Source of the DNA: Trueperaceae bacterium
Lineage (GTDB): Bacteria; Deinococcota; Deinococci; Deinococcales; Trueperaceae
NCBI GenBank assembly: GCA_965215565.1
Contig: CBDCDZ010000004.1
Location: 3,744,001 to 3,808,000, forward strand
Direction of reading: 5' to 3'
Length of the DNA: 64,000 bases
Shown one piece after another: positions 39,471 to 48,026 of this stretch (the first letter of the stretch is position 1; each line of letters opens with the position of its first letter). Under the pieces are notes generated by a model. That model saw only the letters and a program-made list of their open reading frames with translations. It did not search any database and had not been told where the DNA came from. The translations under genes were made by a program, and so were the position numbers.

Positions 39471-39506
39471 AAAAGGGGCGACCACCCCGAATGGGGTAGT
39501 CGCCCT
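39471..39506. terminator. GC-rich hairpin downstream of tRNA-Ile2
   Basis: GGGCGACCACCCC-GAAT-GGGGTAGTCGCCC, A-run on left side. Confidence 0.6.
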
Positions 39507-39540
39507 AAATTCTGAATTACAGTTCAACTACAGCTACAAA

Positions 39541-39811
39541 CTAGCGTCTGATACCCTTTACCCTTTTTACGCGCGAGGTTTCTGAGACGCCCCAACGTAT
39601 CCTCGTCCAGCCGCAGTGAAGTGCTCGTGCTCCGTTTGCAGACGGGGCGCGCGGGGAATTCCTGTGTAGCAGCTTCGTCCATAAGCTCCTCGCTTCAGAC
39701 GTGCGTGCTCCAAAAGTTATGCTCCTGACGTTCGTTCTTAAAAACGGGTAGGTCGTCCTTGCTATAAACGATGGTGAACCCGTCCTCGGTTTTTTCAGGT
39801 CGCTCTGCCAT
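39541..39811 (-). pseudogene. CopG/BrnA-like RHH antitoxin pseudogene
   Basis: LPVFKNERQEHNFWSTHV*SEELM...TSLRLDEDTLGRLRNLARKKGKGYQTL; internal TGA at 39695..39697. Confidence 0.8.
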
Positions 39812-39869
39812 CGTAAAAGTATACACGGCGCTTAGAGGGCAGTTTAACAAGCAGATGCTAAACTGTCCC

Positions 39870-40085
39870 ATGCGCACTGTAAAAGCTCTCATCAACGAGC
39901 ACGGCAAAGTAGAACTTTTAGAGCCCCTCACGCTGAGTGAAGAGCGCCAAGCCCTCGTCACCATCCTCGACACGCCCACTCAAGAGCCGCGCCCCTTCGG
40001 GCTCTGCAAGGGCGAATTCAGCGTGCCAGATGACTTCGACGCGCCTCTACCTGACGACACTCTGGATGACTTCGAGCGTACGTGA
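39870..40085 (+). CDS. orphan antitoxin-like protein (VapB-type C-terminus)
   Basis: RPFGLCKGEFSVPDDFDAPLP; TAAACT-N5-ATG. Confidence 0.75.
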   Translation: MRTVKALINEHGKVELLEPLTLSEERQALVTILDTPTQEPRPFGLCKGEFSVPDDFDAPLPDDTLDDFERT

Positions 40086-40093
40086 GGCTGCTT

Positions 40094-40498
40094 TTAGTTA
40101 CGCAAATTGATGACCTCAATATTTCCTCTGTACTTTGTCATGTCCCTGTCCACCGTGTAGAGCCGCGTCGCGCCCTTGCTCAGCACCGAGCTGAGGATGA
40201 GCGCGTCCGCCATGCTCAGTCCGTTTCCGTGCGCTAGACGAACCGCCTGGTCAACGATAGGGAGCGCCGTATCATCTAAGAACACCACGTCGTACAGCAG
40301 CGGTATATCGGTGGCTACCTGAAACGCGGCATTTTTGCTCAACATACCCTTCAAGCCGAGCTTCTTCAGCTCGTAAATGCAGACAACGCTTGTCACTAAC
40401 GCATGTTCGCCCTGCGCTGCCTCCTGGGTAAGCTGCCTAACAGTAGGATTCCGCAAGATGAATTCTACGAAGAACCCCGTATCACAGCCGATGGTCAC
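40094..40498 (-). CDS. PIN-domain (VapC-like) toxin
   Basis: CDTGFF, IYEL, ADALIL, TVDRD acidic tetrad; GTGA overlap with antitoxin. Confidence 0.88.
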   Translation of the reverse strand: MTIGCDTGFFVEFILRNPTVRQLTQEAAQGEHALVTSVVCIYELKKLGLKGMLSKNAAFQVATDIPLLYDVVFLDDTALPIVDQAVRLAHGNGLSMADALILSSVLSKGATRLYTVDRDMTKYRGNIEVINLRN

Positions 40499-40710
40499 GT
40501 GCGCTTCTGATCTGCTAGTCGCATACGTTCAAGCTCAGCCACGTACTCTTCGGATACCTCCGCGCCCTCGCTCGCCGCAACTATTCGCGAGAGTGCCGCC
40601 TGCCGCTGGCTTATTTTACTGCCTAAAAACTCCACGAAGTTCAGCACCTCTCGCTGACGCTCAGGGGGCAACTCGCGCAACCTCTCCAAAACTGCCTCTT
40701 CGACGCTCAT
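40495..40710 (-). CDS. DUF2281-like antitoxin
   Basis: LRELPPERQREVLNFVEFL; ATGA overlap with MTase stop. Confidence 0.85.
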   Translation of the reverse strand: MSVEEAVLERLRELPPERQREVLNFVEFLGSKISQRQAALSRIVAASEGAEVSEEYVAELERMRLADQKRT

Positions 40711-43700
40711 GACACACTCCCTTCTACAATCTTAACCTCTTCCTCCGTCAGCCCATAAAGCTCATACACCAGCGCGTCTATCCGCTCGCCCAGCGCCGCA
40801 ATCTCCCGCGTCACGCGCTCTAACTCCGAGCCCGCCGCACCCGCCTTCTGCTCATGCAGCCCCAACATCTCATCCACCATTTTTGTCATGCAGTCGTGCT
40901 GGTGTTTGTCGGTGGGGTTGGAGAGGTTGAGGGTGCGGATGGGGAGTTGTTCGACGTATTGGGTGAAGAAGCGGAGGTAGCCGCCGCGATAAACAGCGAA
41001 TGCGTTACTGTAGACGAACATCATAAGCGCCGAATTGATGAGGGCGAGAAGATATTTATCGTTGCTCGGAAAAAAGTAAGTGGTGTTGACGGAGTAAAAG
41101 TTACCGCAAGCATCTAGCGTAAAATTCCCTCGAGAACCGATGTCAGGGAAGATAATTTTAGATTTTTCAAAAAGGTTGTAGTAGTCGCAGGGTCTCAGCT
41201 CCCACCAAAACTGACCTTTATCCCCGCGCTTTCTTGCTCGTTCTTCAAAGGGTTTCAAATGTTCCGTGATTGCGGGGTATTGCTGCTGTAACCACGCCCA
41301 CTTATCGCTCGTCTCTCCTGAATTCGCGTTCGTCCAGCCATTTGGAAAGAGAATAAGGTGCTTATCGCTCTGCGGAGGCTGATACCTCTTCACATCCCGC
41401 CCCGCCAAAAACGGTTTAATCACCTCTTCGTTTTTCGGGTCTTCGGCGATGAGCTTGTCTCTGGTGGCTTGGTCGATGACGAAGGCTTCATTAAAACCTG
41501 TTTTGATACCGTAGTAGATTTTCCCGTCTACGTACCTCTCTAACGGCACGCCTGCTTTGTTTATCTTGTTCAAGACCTTTTGCGCGTCCTTGCTGGCTAA
41601 GGACCAGCCGCTACCGTCTAGCTCGGCTTGGGGTTGGGCGTAGGCACGCTGTTTGATGTAGCCGCGCAGGTCGTTGTAGGCTAACTCCTCCATCTTGACG
41701 ATGTTCACCTCTTGGCTGGGCTTGTCTCTGCTTACGAAGAGGATGCAGGGGTAGGTGGTGGCGCTTTCAAAGACGGGTAGGTCGCCGTAGTCGATGATGG
41801 TCATGAGGTCTTGCTTTTTGAGCCATTGGCGCAAGGGCTTGCCGTAGTTCGCCCGCATCCACTTGTTCGCGACGATGTAGGAGAAGACGCCTTTTCTCCT
41901 TAGCAGCTTGACGCCTAGCTCGATGAAGTAGACGAAGAGGTCTGCCGCGCCGTGATACGCCTCGTATTGGGCTTTGAGGTGCGGCTTGAGGTCGCCTAGC
42001 GCTTCTTGGCGGACGTAGGGCGGGTTGCCGATGACGATATCGAAGCCACCATCTCTGATAGCTCTGGGTTCAGCAAGGGGCTGAGCAAGGGGCTGAGCAA
42101 GGGGCTGAGTGGGGTGCTGAGCAAGGGGCTGAAGCCCCTTGTTGGTGGCGGTGGCGCTCTCTGGTGAGGTCAGCATGGATTCAACAAGGGGTTTCAACCC
42201 CTTGTTCTCAGGAAGGCGGTGCTTGTCTCTGTTGTGGGTCACGTAGTGCAAGGTGTTGTGAAGTTGCGCGTCCGTCGTGATCGCTTGCGCATGATACTTC
42301 TGCGCCCACAAATTGAGCGGGTCTGTAATGCCGCGTGCTTGCTTGAAGCGGTATGCGGATTTACCTTTGAGCTTGCGGACAATGTCGCTAAGCTCGTTAG
42401 GATCACACGTCAGGACCATATGAACGTGGTCTTGGCAGATGTTGTACGCCGACACCTTCAGGTCGTTTTCGGCGACGGTATCACGGATATAGCGTGTAAT
42501 CTCGACCTCTTGCGCTTCGTCTAGCAGAACGGGTTCACCGCGCTTGACACCGAACGTCACCATGCGTTCGCTCACGCGGCTGTTGTGCGCAACCCAAGTG
42601 ACATGATACGCCTGCAAAGTTTGTGGCGTGTGGATGTGCTGCCGGAAGACCTCACTAAAATGAACGCGGAAGTCGAAGTCCGCCTTTGCGCCGAAGTCTT
42701 GGGCAGACTTAAAGACGTTCGTGATGGTTTGGTCTATACGGGCGGAGAGGTCGCGCTTCTGCTTTTGGCGTGTCTCGCTGAAGTACGCCCGCTTGAGCTT
42801 TTCTAACTCGCGCATCTCGCTGTCGTCTAAGATGGCTCCTTCCAAACTCAGCACGGAGTTTCCTGCGACGATCTTATAGTCTAAGTTGGGCAGCGGCTCG
42901 ATGCCGTCGGCGTCGTCTTCGTCTACGACTAGCGAGAGCCAGAGGCGCAGCTTGGCGATGTCTACGGCGCTACGGTCGATGTCCACGCCGTAGATGCTCT
43001 CCTGGATGGCGCGGCGCTTGAGGGCGTAGGGGGTGCGCTCTTGTGGGTCTTTGAGGTGGGGCGTCAGCGCGGCGCGGGCGCGGACGATCTCGTTCATGAT
43101 GCCTACCGGAAACGCGCCGGAGCCGATGGCGGGGTCGCAGATTTTGATGTTGGCTAGAGCGTCGTCCACCTCTTGCGCGTGCTCGCGGACGCTTTCGGGC
43201 AGCCGGAAGGTGTACTTATCGGTCTCTTTGCCCTTTTTCATCACGCGGGTATCGTTTTCTACGGCTTGGTCGCCTAAGCGGATGAAGGTCTCTAGGTCCT
43301 CCTTGGGGACGCGCGGCTCGTAGACCTCTTCGGTGAGGGCGGCTTGGGTAGCTTGGGGTCGCCCAAAGAGGTCGTCCTGAACAGCTCCGACTATAGCAAA
43401 GGGCTTAAGCCCCTTGTTCAAGCGGGTGTCCAGAAAGCTCACTAGGCTCTCCTGACACATGTAGTGGACGATTTCGCGGGGCGTGTAGAACGCGCCTTTA
43501 GACTTGCGGTCTTCGACTTCCAAGAGGTTTTCAAAGACCTTACCGAGCATCTCGGGGTCTACGGCGACCTCTTTCTCCAAGGGTTCGTCTTCACGCACGG
43601 TGAAGTTGTACAAATCGAACACGTCCATGATGCGCTCGAAGGTCTTGTTTTGAAGCGGTATCGGCACGTTCACCCAGTCGTAGCCGCCGCTCGGCTCGAA

Positions 43701-44666
43701 GAGTCCGCCATTCAAAAAGGGGATTTTGCAGTCAAAGCGGCTGTAGAAGTTCTCGCTGCGCTCGAGGGCTAGGGCTTCGTAGAACAAGGGTTCTAAGATG
43801 TCGTCGAAAAAGTTGGTGTACGGCACGTAATCCTGCTTGTAGAGGCGGCGCAAGAAGTCCTTGGGTCCCGCGCCCCACGCTTCGCCGCGCTCCACGCCGA
43901 GCCAGCCCTTTTTCTGTAAGAAGTATAAGAAGACAACCTGACCCATGAGCCGTTTGGCGAAGTTGGCGGGGGTGAGGTCTTTGGTTTCGAACTCGGTCTG
44001 TATCTCTTGGTTGCGCTTTAAGAGAGCGTCTAGCTCCTCTTTGAGTTCCAGAAAGAGTGCTTTGTACTGCTTGAAGAACTCTGCCGTCACGCTCTCGATG
44101 TCGAAGGCGGCTTCTAAGGCGTTTAGCGTGACCGGAGCGTCCCTGCGCAGGATAGGTAAGAGCTGTTGCTGCGCGGTGTGGGTGCGCTCGCCTTCACCGA
44201 CCAGGAAGGAGTAGCGGCGAGCTGGGCTGAGTTCCTTGCTGGTTTTGCCCGTTTCGAAGTCGAGGCTGTACTCCATGCGCACCAGCGAGAAGCGCCAGTC
44301 GGGGGTGTCGTCGCTGTAGAAGGCGACCAGGGCGGCGTCGCGCTGAATGTCGCCGCGCCCCCGGTCTAAATACTTGGCGACGAAGTTGCGCTGAGTGGTG
44401 CGGGCGCGTTCTAGTTTGCTGTTGCCTTTGAGTTTCACCGCGAGGATGTCTATCTGGTTTTCCTCGGCGTCCGTGAATGAGCCGATGCGCTTGTACTGCG
44501 CGACGTGGTCTTTGTAGTCGTCCCAGATGTAGTTGCCGCTGAGGGCGCGGTCGTCCTTCTCGCCGAACTCCCTGAACACGTTGCGCACAAACGTCCTGAA
44601 ACGCGCCTCGTCGTAGGGCTGGTTGAAGGTCGCTTCGACTAATCTCTTTGCGGCTTGCTCGTTCAC
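40707..44666 (-). CDS. Eco57I/type IIG-like N6-adenine DNA methyltransferase-TRD with in-frame HUH Y1 transposase domain
   Basis: PFLNGGLF, GAFYTP, motif I DPAIGSGAF, YGVDI, motif IV GNPPY, TaqI_C-like TRD (GIKTG, WWELR, KIIFPDI); insert with DHVH and HYVTHN. Confidence 0.93.
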   Translation of the reverse strand: MNEQAAKRLVEATFNQPYDEARFRTFVRNVFREFGEKDDRALSGNYIWDDYKDHVAQYKRIGSFTDAEENQIDILAVKLKGNSKLERARTTQRNFVAKYLDRGRGDIQRDAALVAFYSDDTPDWRFSLVRMEYSLDFETGKTSKELSPARRYSFLVGEGERTHTAQQQLLPILRRDAPVTLNALEAAFDIESVTAEFFKQYKALFLELKEELDALLKRNQEIQTEFETKDLTPANFAKRLMGQVVFLYFLQKKGWLGVERGEAWGAGPKDFLRRLYKQDYVPYTNFFDDILEPLFYEALALERSENFYSRFDCKIPFLNGGLFEPSGGYDWVNVPIPLQNKTFERIMDVFDLYNFTVREDEPLEKEVAVDPEMLGKVFENLLEVEDRKSKGAFYTPREIVHYMCQESLVSFLDTRLNKGLKPFAIVGAVQDDLFGRPQATQAALTEEVYEPRVPKEDLETFIRLGDQAVENDTRVMKKGKETDKYTFRLPESVREHAQEVDDALANIKICDPAIGSGAFPVGIMNEIVRARAALTPHLKDPQERTPYALKRRAIQESIYGVDIDRSAVDIAKLRLWLSLVVDEDDADGIEPLPNLDYKIVAGNSVLSLEGAILDDSEMRELEKLKRAYFSETRQKQKRDLSARIDQTITNVFKSAQDFGAKADFDFRVHFSEVFRQHIHTPQTLQAYHVTWVAHNSRVSERMVTFGVKRGEPVLLDEAQEVEITRYIRDTVAENDLKVSAYNICQDHVHMVLTCDPNELSDIVRKLKGKSAYRFKQARGITDPLNLWAQKYHAQAITTDAQLHNTLHYVTHNRDKHRLPENKGLKPLVESMLTSPESATATNKGLQPLAQHPTQPLAQPLAQPLAEPRAIRDGGFDIVIGNPPYVRQEALGDLKPHLKAQYEAYHGAADLFVYFIELGVKLLRRKGVFSYIVANKWMRANYGKPLRQWLKKQDLMTIIDYGDLPVFESATTYPCILFVSRDKPSQEVNIVKMEELAYNDLRGYIKQRAYAQPQAELDGSGWSLASKDAQKVLNKINKAGVPLERYVDGKIYYGIKTGFNEAFVIDQATRDKLIAEDPKNEEVIKPFLAGRDVKRYQPPQSDKHLILFPNGWTNANSGETSDKWAWLQQQYPAITEHLKPFEERARKRGDKGQFWWELRPCDYYNLFEKSKIIFPDIGSRGNFTLDACGNFYSVNTTYFFPSNDKYLLALINSALMMFVYSNAFAVYRGGYLRFFTQYVEQLPIRTLNLSNPTDKHQHDCMTKMVDEMLGLHEQKAGAAGSELERVTREIAALGERIDALVYELYGLTEEEVKIVEGSVS
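42054..42644 (-). mobile_element. in-frame RAYT/IS200-like Y1 transposase domain plus REP-encoded linker
   Basis: AYHVTW, NICQDHVHMVL (HUH at 42420..42428), IVRKLKGKSA, LWAQKY, HYVTHN (Tyr 42243..42245). Confidence 0.88.
42072..42206. repeat. cluster of family A REP palindromes and 12-bp tandem half-sites inside the MTase gene
   Basis: (AGCAAGGGGCTG)x3, AGCAAGGGGCTGAAGCCCCTTGTT 42120..42143, AACAAGGGGTTTCAACCCCTTGTT 42183..42206. Confidence 0.9.
43395..43418. repeat. family A REP palindrome inside the MTase gene
   Basis: AGCAAAGGGCTTAAGCCCCTTGTT, read as NKGLKPFA. Confidence 0.85.
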
Positions 44667-44687
44667 GTTACGTTGTTACCTTTCTTG

Positions 44688-44746
44688 GCGAGGGGCTTGG
44701 CAGTGGCAGTAGCAAGGGGCTTAAGCCCCTTGTTGAGCCCCTTGTT
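44688..44746. repeat. family A REP palindrome with extra half-sites between helicase and MTase
   Basis: AGCAAGGGGCTTAAGCCCCTTGTT 44711..44734, then GAGCCCCTTGTT. Confidence 0.88.
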
Positions 44747-44753
44747 ACCTTGA

Positions 44754-47700
44754 CTACTCATTACCAACTAGATACTCAGACAGGATGACCTCACGCGGCA
44801 CGCTCTCGGTGTCGTCCTGGGCGGTTCTCACAAACGTGCTTTCGCCGATGTGCTGCTTCAACACGTTTAGGATAGTGAGCGGTTGATAGCCCGCTGCTTT
44901 GAGGTCGGACATGACGGTCTTGGTGGTGTTTTTGGCGACCGTGCCCGCCTCTAACGCCTGCCGCACCTCACCCAAATAGACTTCGTCGTCGTCGGTGAAG
45001 CCCTTGAAGCGGGTCACTTCTCGAGACTTCAACATGGTTCTCAGCTTGTTTTCGCTCGAGTGTCCCCCGCCACCTTTAGCGCCGCTCTTGGGCTCGGGCA
45101 AATCTTCGGTGAGCGTCAGCCGAAACGCATCGTCGTTCTTCGCTAAGAGGTCGTAGTACGCGGGGGGTATTTTGCGTCTCGGTTCGTCCGGCTTACACGC
45201 GAACAGCTCGGCAGCTTGGAAAAACTCGAGTTCGTAGTCTGACGCGCCGTCGCTCAGGAAGAACTTCTTGAGCCTGCCGCGCCGGAAAAAGGTGATGAGG
45301 GCGTCTCTATCTGCGCCCTCGACACCTAGAGGTCGATTAGGGAGTCGCTTTGCGCTCCGCGCTTTTTTAGGGAGGCGCTTGACCCGCTCGAACAGCTCGG
45401 GCTCCTTGTCGCGGACGTCCCTTAAAAGCTGCAAATACTGCAACTCGGAGCGCTCGTCCTCTTCCTGCTCTAAGCTCTCCTTGCTCGTTAGCGTCTGGTA
45501 GAGCCTATCGCCAAAGAGTGCGTGCGTGGTCACCTCTTCGTCATCGGTGAGGTATTTGGCGTCTTCGCCCAGCGTGTCGTGAAAGGCTTGAATCTTCGCC
45601 TTGATGTTGCCCTCTAAGCCTAGGTGCGCGTCGCTTTGGTCGGTAGGAAAGAAGTTGAAGACGTAAGCGGTCTCATGCGCCGCGCCGACGCGGTTGATGC
45701 GCCCGACGCGCTGCAACACGCGGGTGGGGTTCCAGGGCAGGTCGTAGTTGATAACGACGTTCGAGCGGTGTAGGTTGATACCTTCAGCGAGCACGTCGGT
45801 AGTTACAAGCACGCGGATGTCGTCTTTTTGCTCGCGTTGGTTCGGGTCGAAATTCGCTTTGATGAGGTCTCTAGCCACCGTAACGCCATGACTCACCCCT
45901 CTATGAATACCGCCCTGACTCGCGTAGAAGAACGCTTTGCCGGGCATCGCCTCTTCCAGGTGCGTGTAGAGGTATTCACCCGTTTCCTTCGACTCGGTGA
46001 AGACGATGAGCTTTTGCCCTTTGAGAAGAGGGTGGTGCGTGACCTCATGAAGGAATTGCTCCAACTTGGGGTCTGTCTCGACACGCTGCCACATCCGCTC
46101 GATGGAGCGCAGCACGAGGAGGTCGTTGTTGAGGCTCACCAGGAAGTCATCCTCGAAGTCGCCCGCCGCGTAACTCTGCACCTCGCCGTGCTCAGCCAGC
46201 TCGATAAGCCGCGCCTCGTCGTCGCTCTCCAAGAGGTCATACACATCAAACTTCTTGCTGATATAGACCGCGCCGCTCCGAAACATGCCGATGAAGCGCT
46301 CGTAAGACTCGGTAAAGCGCCGCACGGTCTTCTTGAAGGCGTAGAAACTGCTCTCTAAGCGCTTGACCAAAACGCCTTTCATGAAGCCCCGAACGTTATG
46401 CTGCGACTGCTGCTCCAAAACGCCGACTTCGTGCTTGAGGTAGAGGAGCGGCGCGTAGCGGGCGTACTGAAACTCTTTGAGGAGTGCGATGGTGTCGTCG
46501 AAGACCTGTCCGGTCGCCTCGTCAAACTGATAGACGATGCGCTCGGGCGCAGCCAATTCGGGGAAGCTCAGTCCTTGGCCTTCCAAGTCCTCGCTGAAGT
46601 AATTTTTGATCTCGGTGCGCGTTCGCCTCACCATGACGTGGTTCAAAACTTTGCTTCTCACCTGCGCGGACGCTTCATTGAGCGCCTGAATGTAGACTGG
46701 GTCGGACCTGTCCCCGTCCACGCTTTTACGTGTCGCCTCGAGCGCCAGCCGCAATTTGTCGAAGAAGCTCTGCAAGTTCTTCACGCCGGGGATGCTGCTC
46801 TTTTTGGCGGGTTGAAAAAGTTTAAGGAGCGCTAGAATGTCCCCCAACTTGTTGTTGAGGGGCGTTGCTGAGACTAAGATCACCTTTTTGCCCGCGCATA
46901 TCTTGTGCAGGGTCTCAAAGGACTGCGTCGCTTCGTTGCGGAAGCGGTGGGCTTCGTCGATAAGGACATAGTCGTACCTGGCCGCGCCCTCTCTAAGCAC
47001 GCGGTCTATCTGCCCTAGGGACTCGATACGGCACTGCGGCACGCCGAACTCGAAGAGGGTCGCCCGCCAATAGTCGGCCAAGACTGGGGGGCAGATGATG
47101 AGCTTGCGTCCGGGGAGTTGCTGCAACAAGAGCGCGGAAATAAAGGTTTTGCCCAAGCCCACCACATCGGCTAAGAAAACGCCGTTATACGCCTCGAGTA
47201 TCTTCTTCGCGGAGAGCACCGCCTGACGCTGATAAGCGAGTTCCATGAACCCTTCAGGCAGGTAAAAGTCAACGTCCTGGTCGATGTTGATGTCTTCTTT
47301 GAAATATTCGTATAAGAACTTGAGATAGATACCAAAGGGTGTAACGTTGTCGCTGAGCCAAGTCTTTGTTCTGAGCGTGTCGATGTAGGCTTCGGAGATG
47401 TCCACGCTTTCAGCCCATAGCTCTTCAAATTTGGCGAGGGCGTATTCGACATCTGGCGCGTCTTTAAGTTCGACATTGAATTCGCGCTGGGCGACGAGCC
47501 CGTTTTCAGAGAAGTTGCTCGAGCCCGTAATGACCCGTCCGAAGTCGCGGTCGTCCTCCCCAAAGCGGCTGATGTAGACCTTGGCGTGCATGTTTCGGTC
47601 CCGAAAAGCTCGCAGTTCCAACTTGCCTGACTGGATGAATTCGATGAACTTCCTTGCCGAAATCTCCATGTCCAGGTTGTCAGCGGACGCTTCCATCTCG

Positions 47701-48026
47701 CGCACCAGCGCGTCACTAAACTCAGCTTGGACCTGGTGATGAGAGGCGAAACCAAGCTCGCCTTGCTGAACCCCTCTTTGGGCGTCAAGTCGGGCGGTCT
47801 CTAACAGCGTGAAGGCGTTGCGGTCTACCGACAAACCCACCAAGATGCGCACCTTATCAACAGTCTCCAGGGACTCGTAAAGCCTACGAAAGCCGCTCGT
47901 CCTGAAATAGCCCACCAGTACGTCGAAGTACTGAACGTCGCGCAGCGTCCTTACGAAGCGGTCGTAGAGCGTCTCGTCCGGCTCGTTGGTGAAGAACTTT
48001 AGATCGTTTCGCGGTATCGTCTTCAC
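44754..48026 (-). CDS. PLD-nuclease / SNF2-like helicase fusion (restriction-associated)
   Basis: VGYFRTSG, MHAKVYI..TGSSNFS..EFN (PLD); LADVVGLGKT, DEAH, SATP, AEGINL, QRVGRINRVG. Confidence 0.93.
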   Translation of the reverse strand: MKTIPRNDLKFFTNEPDETLYDRFVRTLRDVQYFDVLVGYFRTSGFRRLYESLETVDKVRILVGLSVDRNAFTLLETARLDAQRGVQQGELGFASHHQVQAEFSDALVREMEASADNLDMEISARKFIEFIQSGKLELRAFRDRNMHAKVYISRFGEDDRDFGRVITGSSNFSENGLVAQREFNVELKDAPDVEYALAKFEELWAESVDISEAYIDTLRTKTWLSDNVTPFGIYLKFLYEYFKEDINIDQDVDFYLPEGFMELAYQRQAVLSAKKILEAYNGVFLADVVGLGKTFISALLLQQLPGRKLIICPPVLADYWRATLFEFGVPQCRIESLGQIDRVLREGAARYDYVLIDEAHRFRNEATQSFETLHKICAGKKVILVSATPLNNKLGDILALLKLFQPAKKSSIPGVKNLQSFFDKLRLALEATRKSVDGDRSDPVYIQALNEASAQVRSKVLNHVMVRRTRTEIKNYFSEDLEGQGLSFPELAAPERIVYQFDEATGQVFDDTIALLKEFQYARYAPLLYLKHEVGVLEQQSQHNVRGFMKGVLVKRLESSFYAFKKTVRRFTESYERFIGMFRSGAVYISKKFDVYDLLESDDEARLIELAEHGEVQSYAAGDFEDDFLVSLNNDLLVLRSIERMWQRVETDPKLEQFLHEVTHHPLLKGQKLIVFTESKETGEYLYTHLEEAMPGKAFFYASQGGIHRGVSHGVTVARDLIKANFDPNQREQKDDIRVLVTTDVLAEGINLHRSNVVINYDLPWNPTRVLQRVGRINRVGAAHETAYVFNFFPTDQSDAHLGLEGNIKAKIQAFHDTLGEDAKYLTDDEEVTTHALFGDRLYQTLTSKESLEQEEDERSELQYLQLLRDVRDKEPELFERVKRLPKKARSAKRLPNRPLGVEGADRDALITFFRRGRLKKFFLSDGASDYELEFFQAAELFACKPDEPRRKIPPAYYDLLAKNDDAFRLTLTEDLPEPKSGAKGGGGHSSENKLRTMLKSREVTRFKGFTDDDEVYLGEVRQALEAGTVAKNTTKTVMSDLKAAGYQPLTILNVLKQHIGESTFVRTAQDDTESVPREVILSEYLVGNE

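Noticed and set aside
42054..42644. Intein as the explanation for the MTase insert
   Set aside because: No Cys/Ser start block or His-Asn-Cys/Ser/Thr end; the motifs are HUH/Y1 instead.
40094..48026. Calling the island DISARM or BREX
   Set aside because: No drmA/drmB (DUF1998), pglZ or brxC genes are present in the window.
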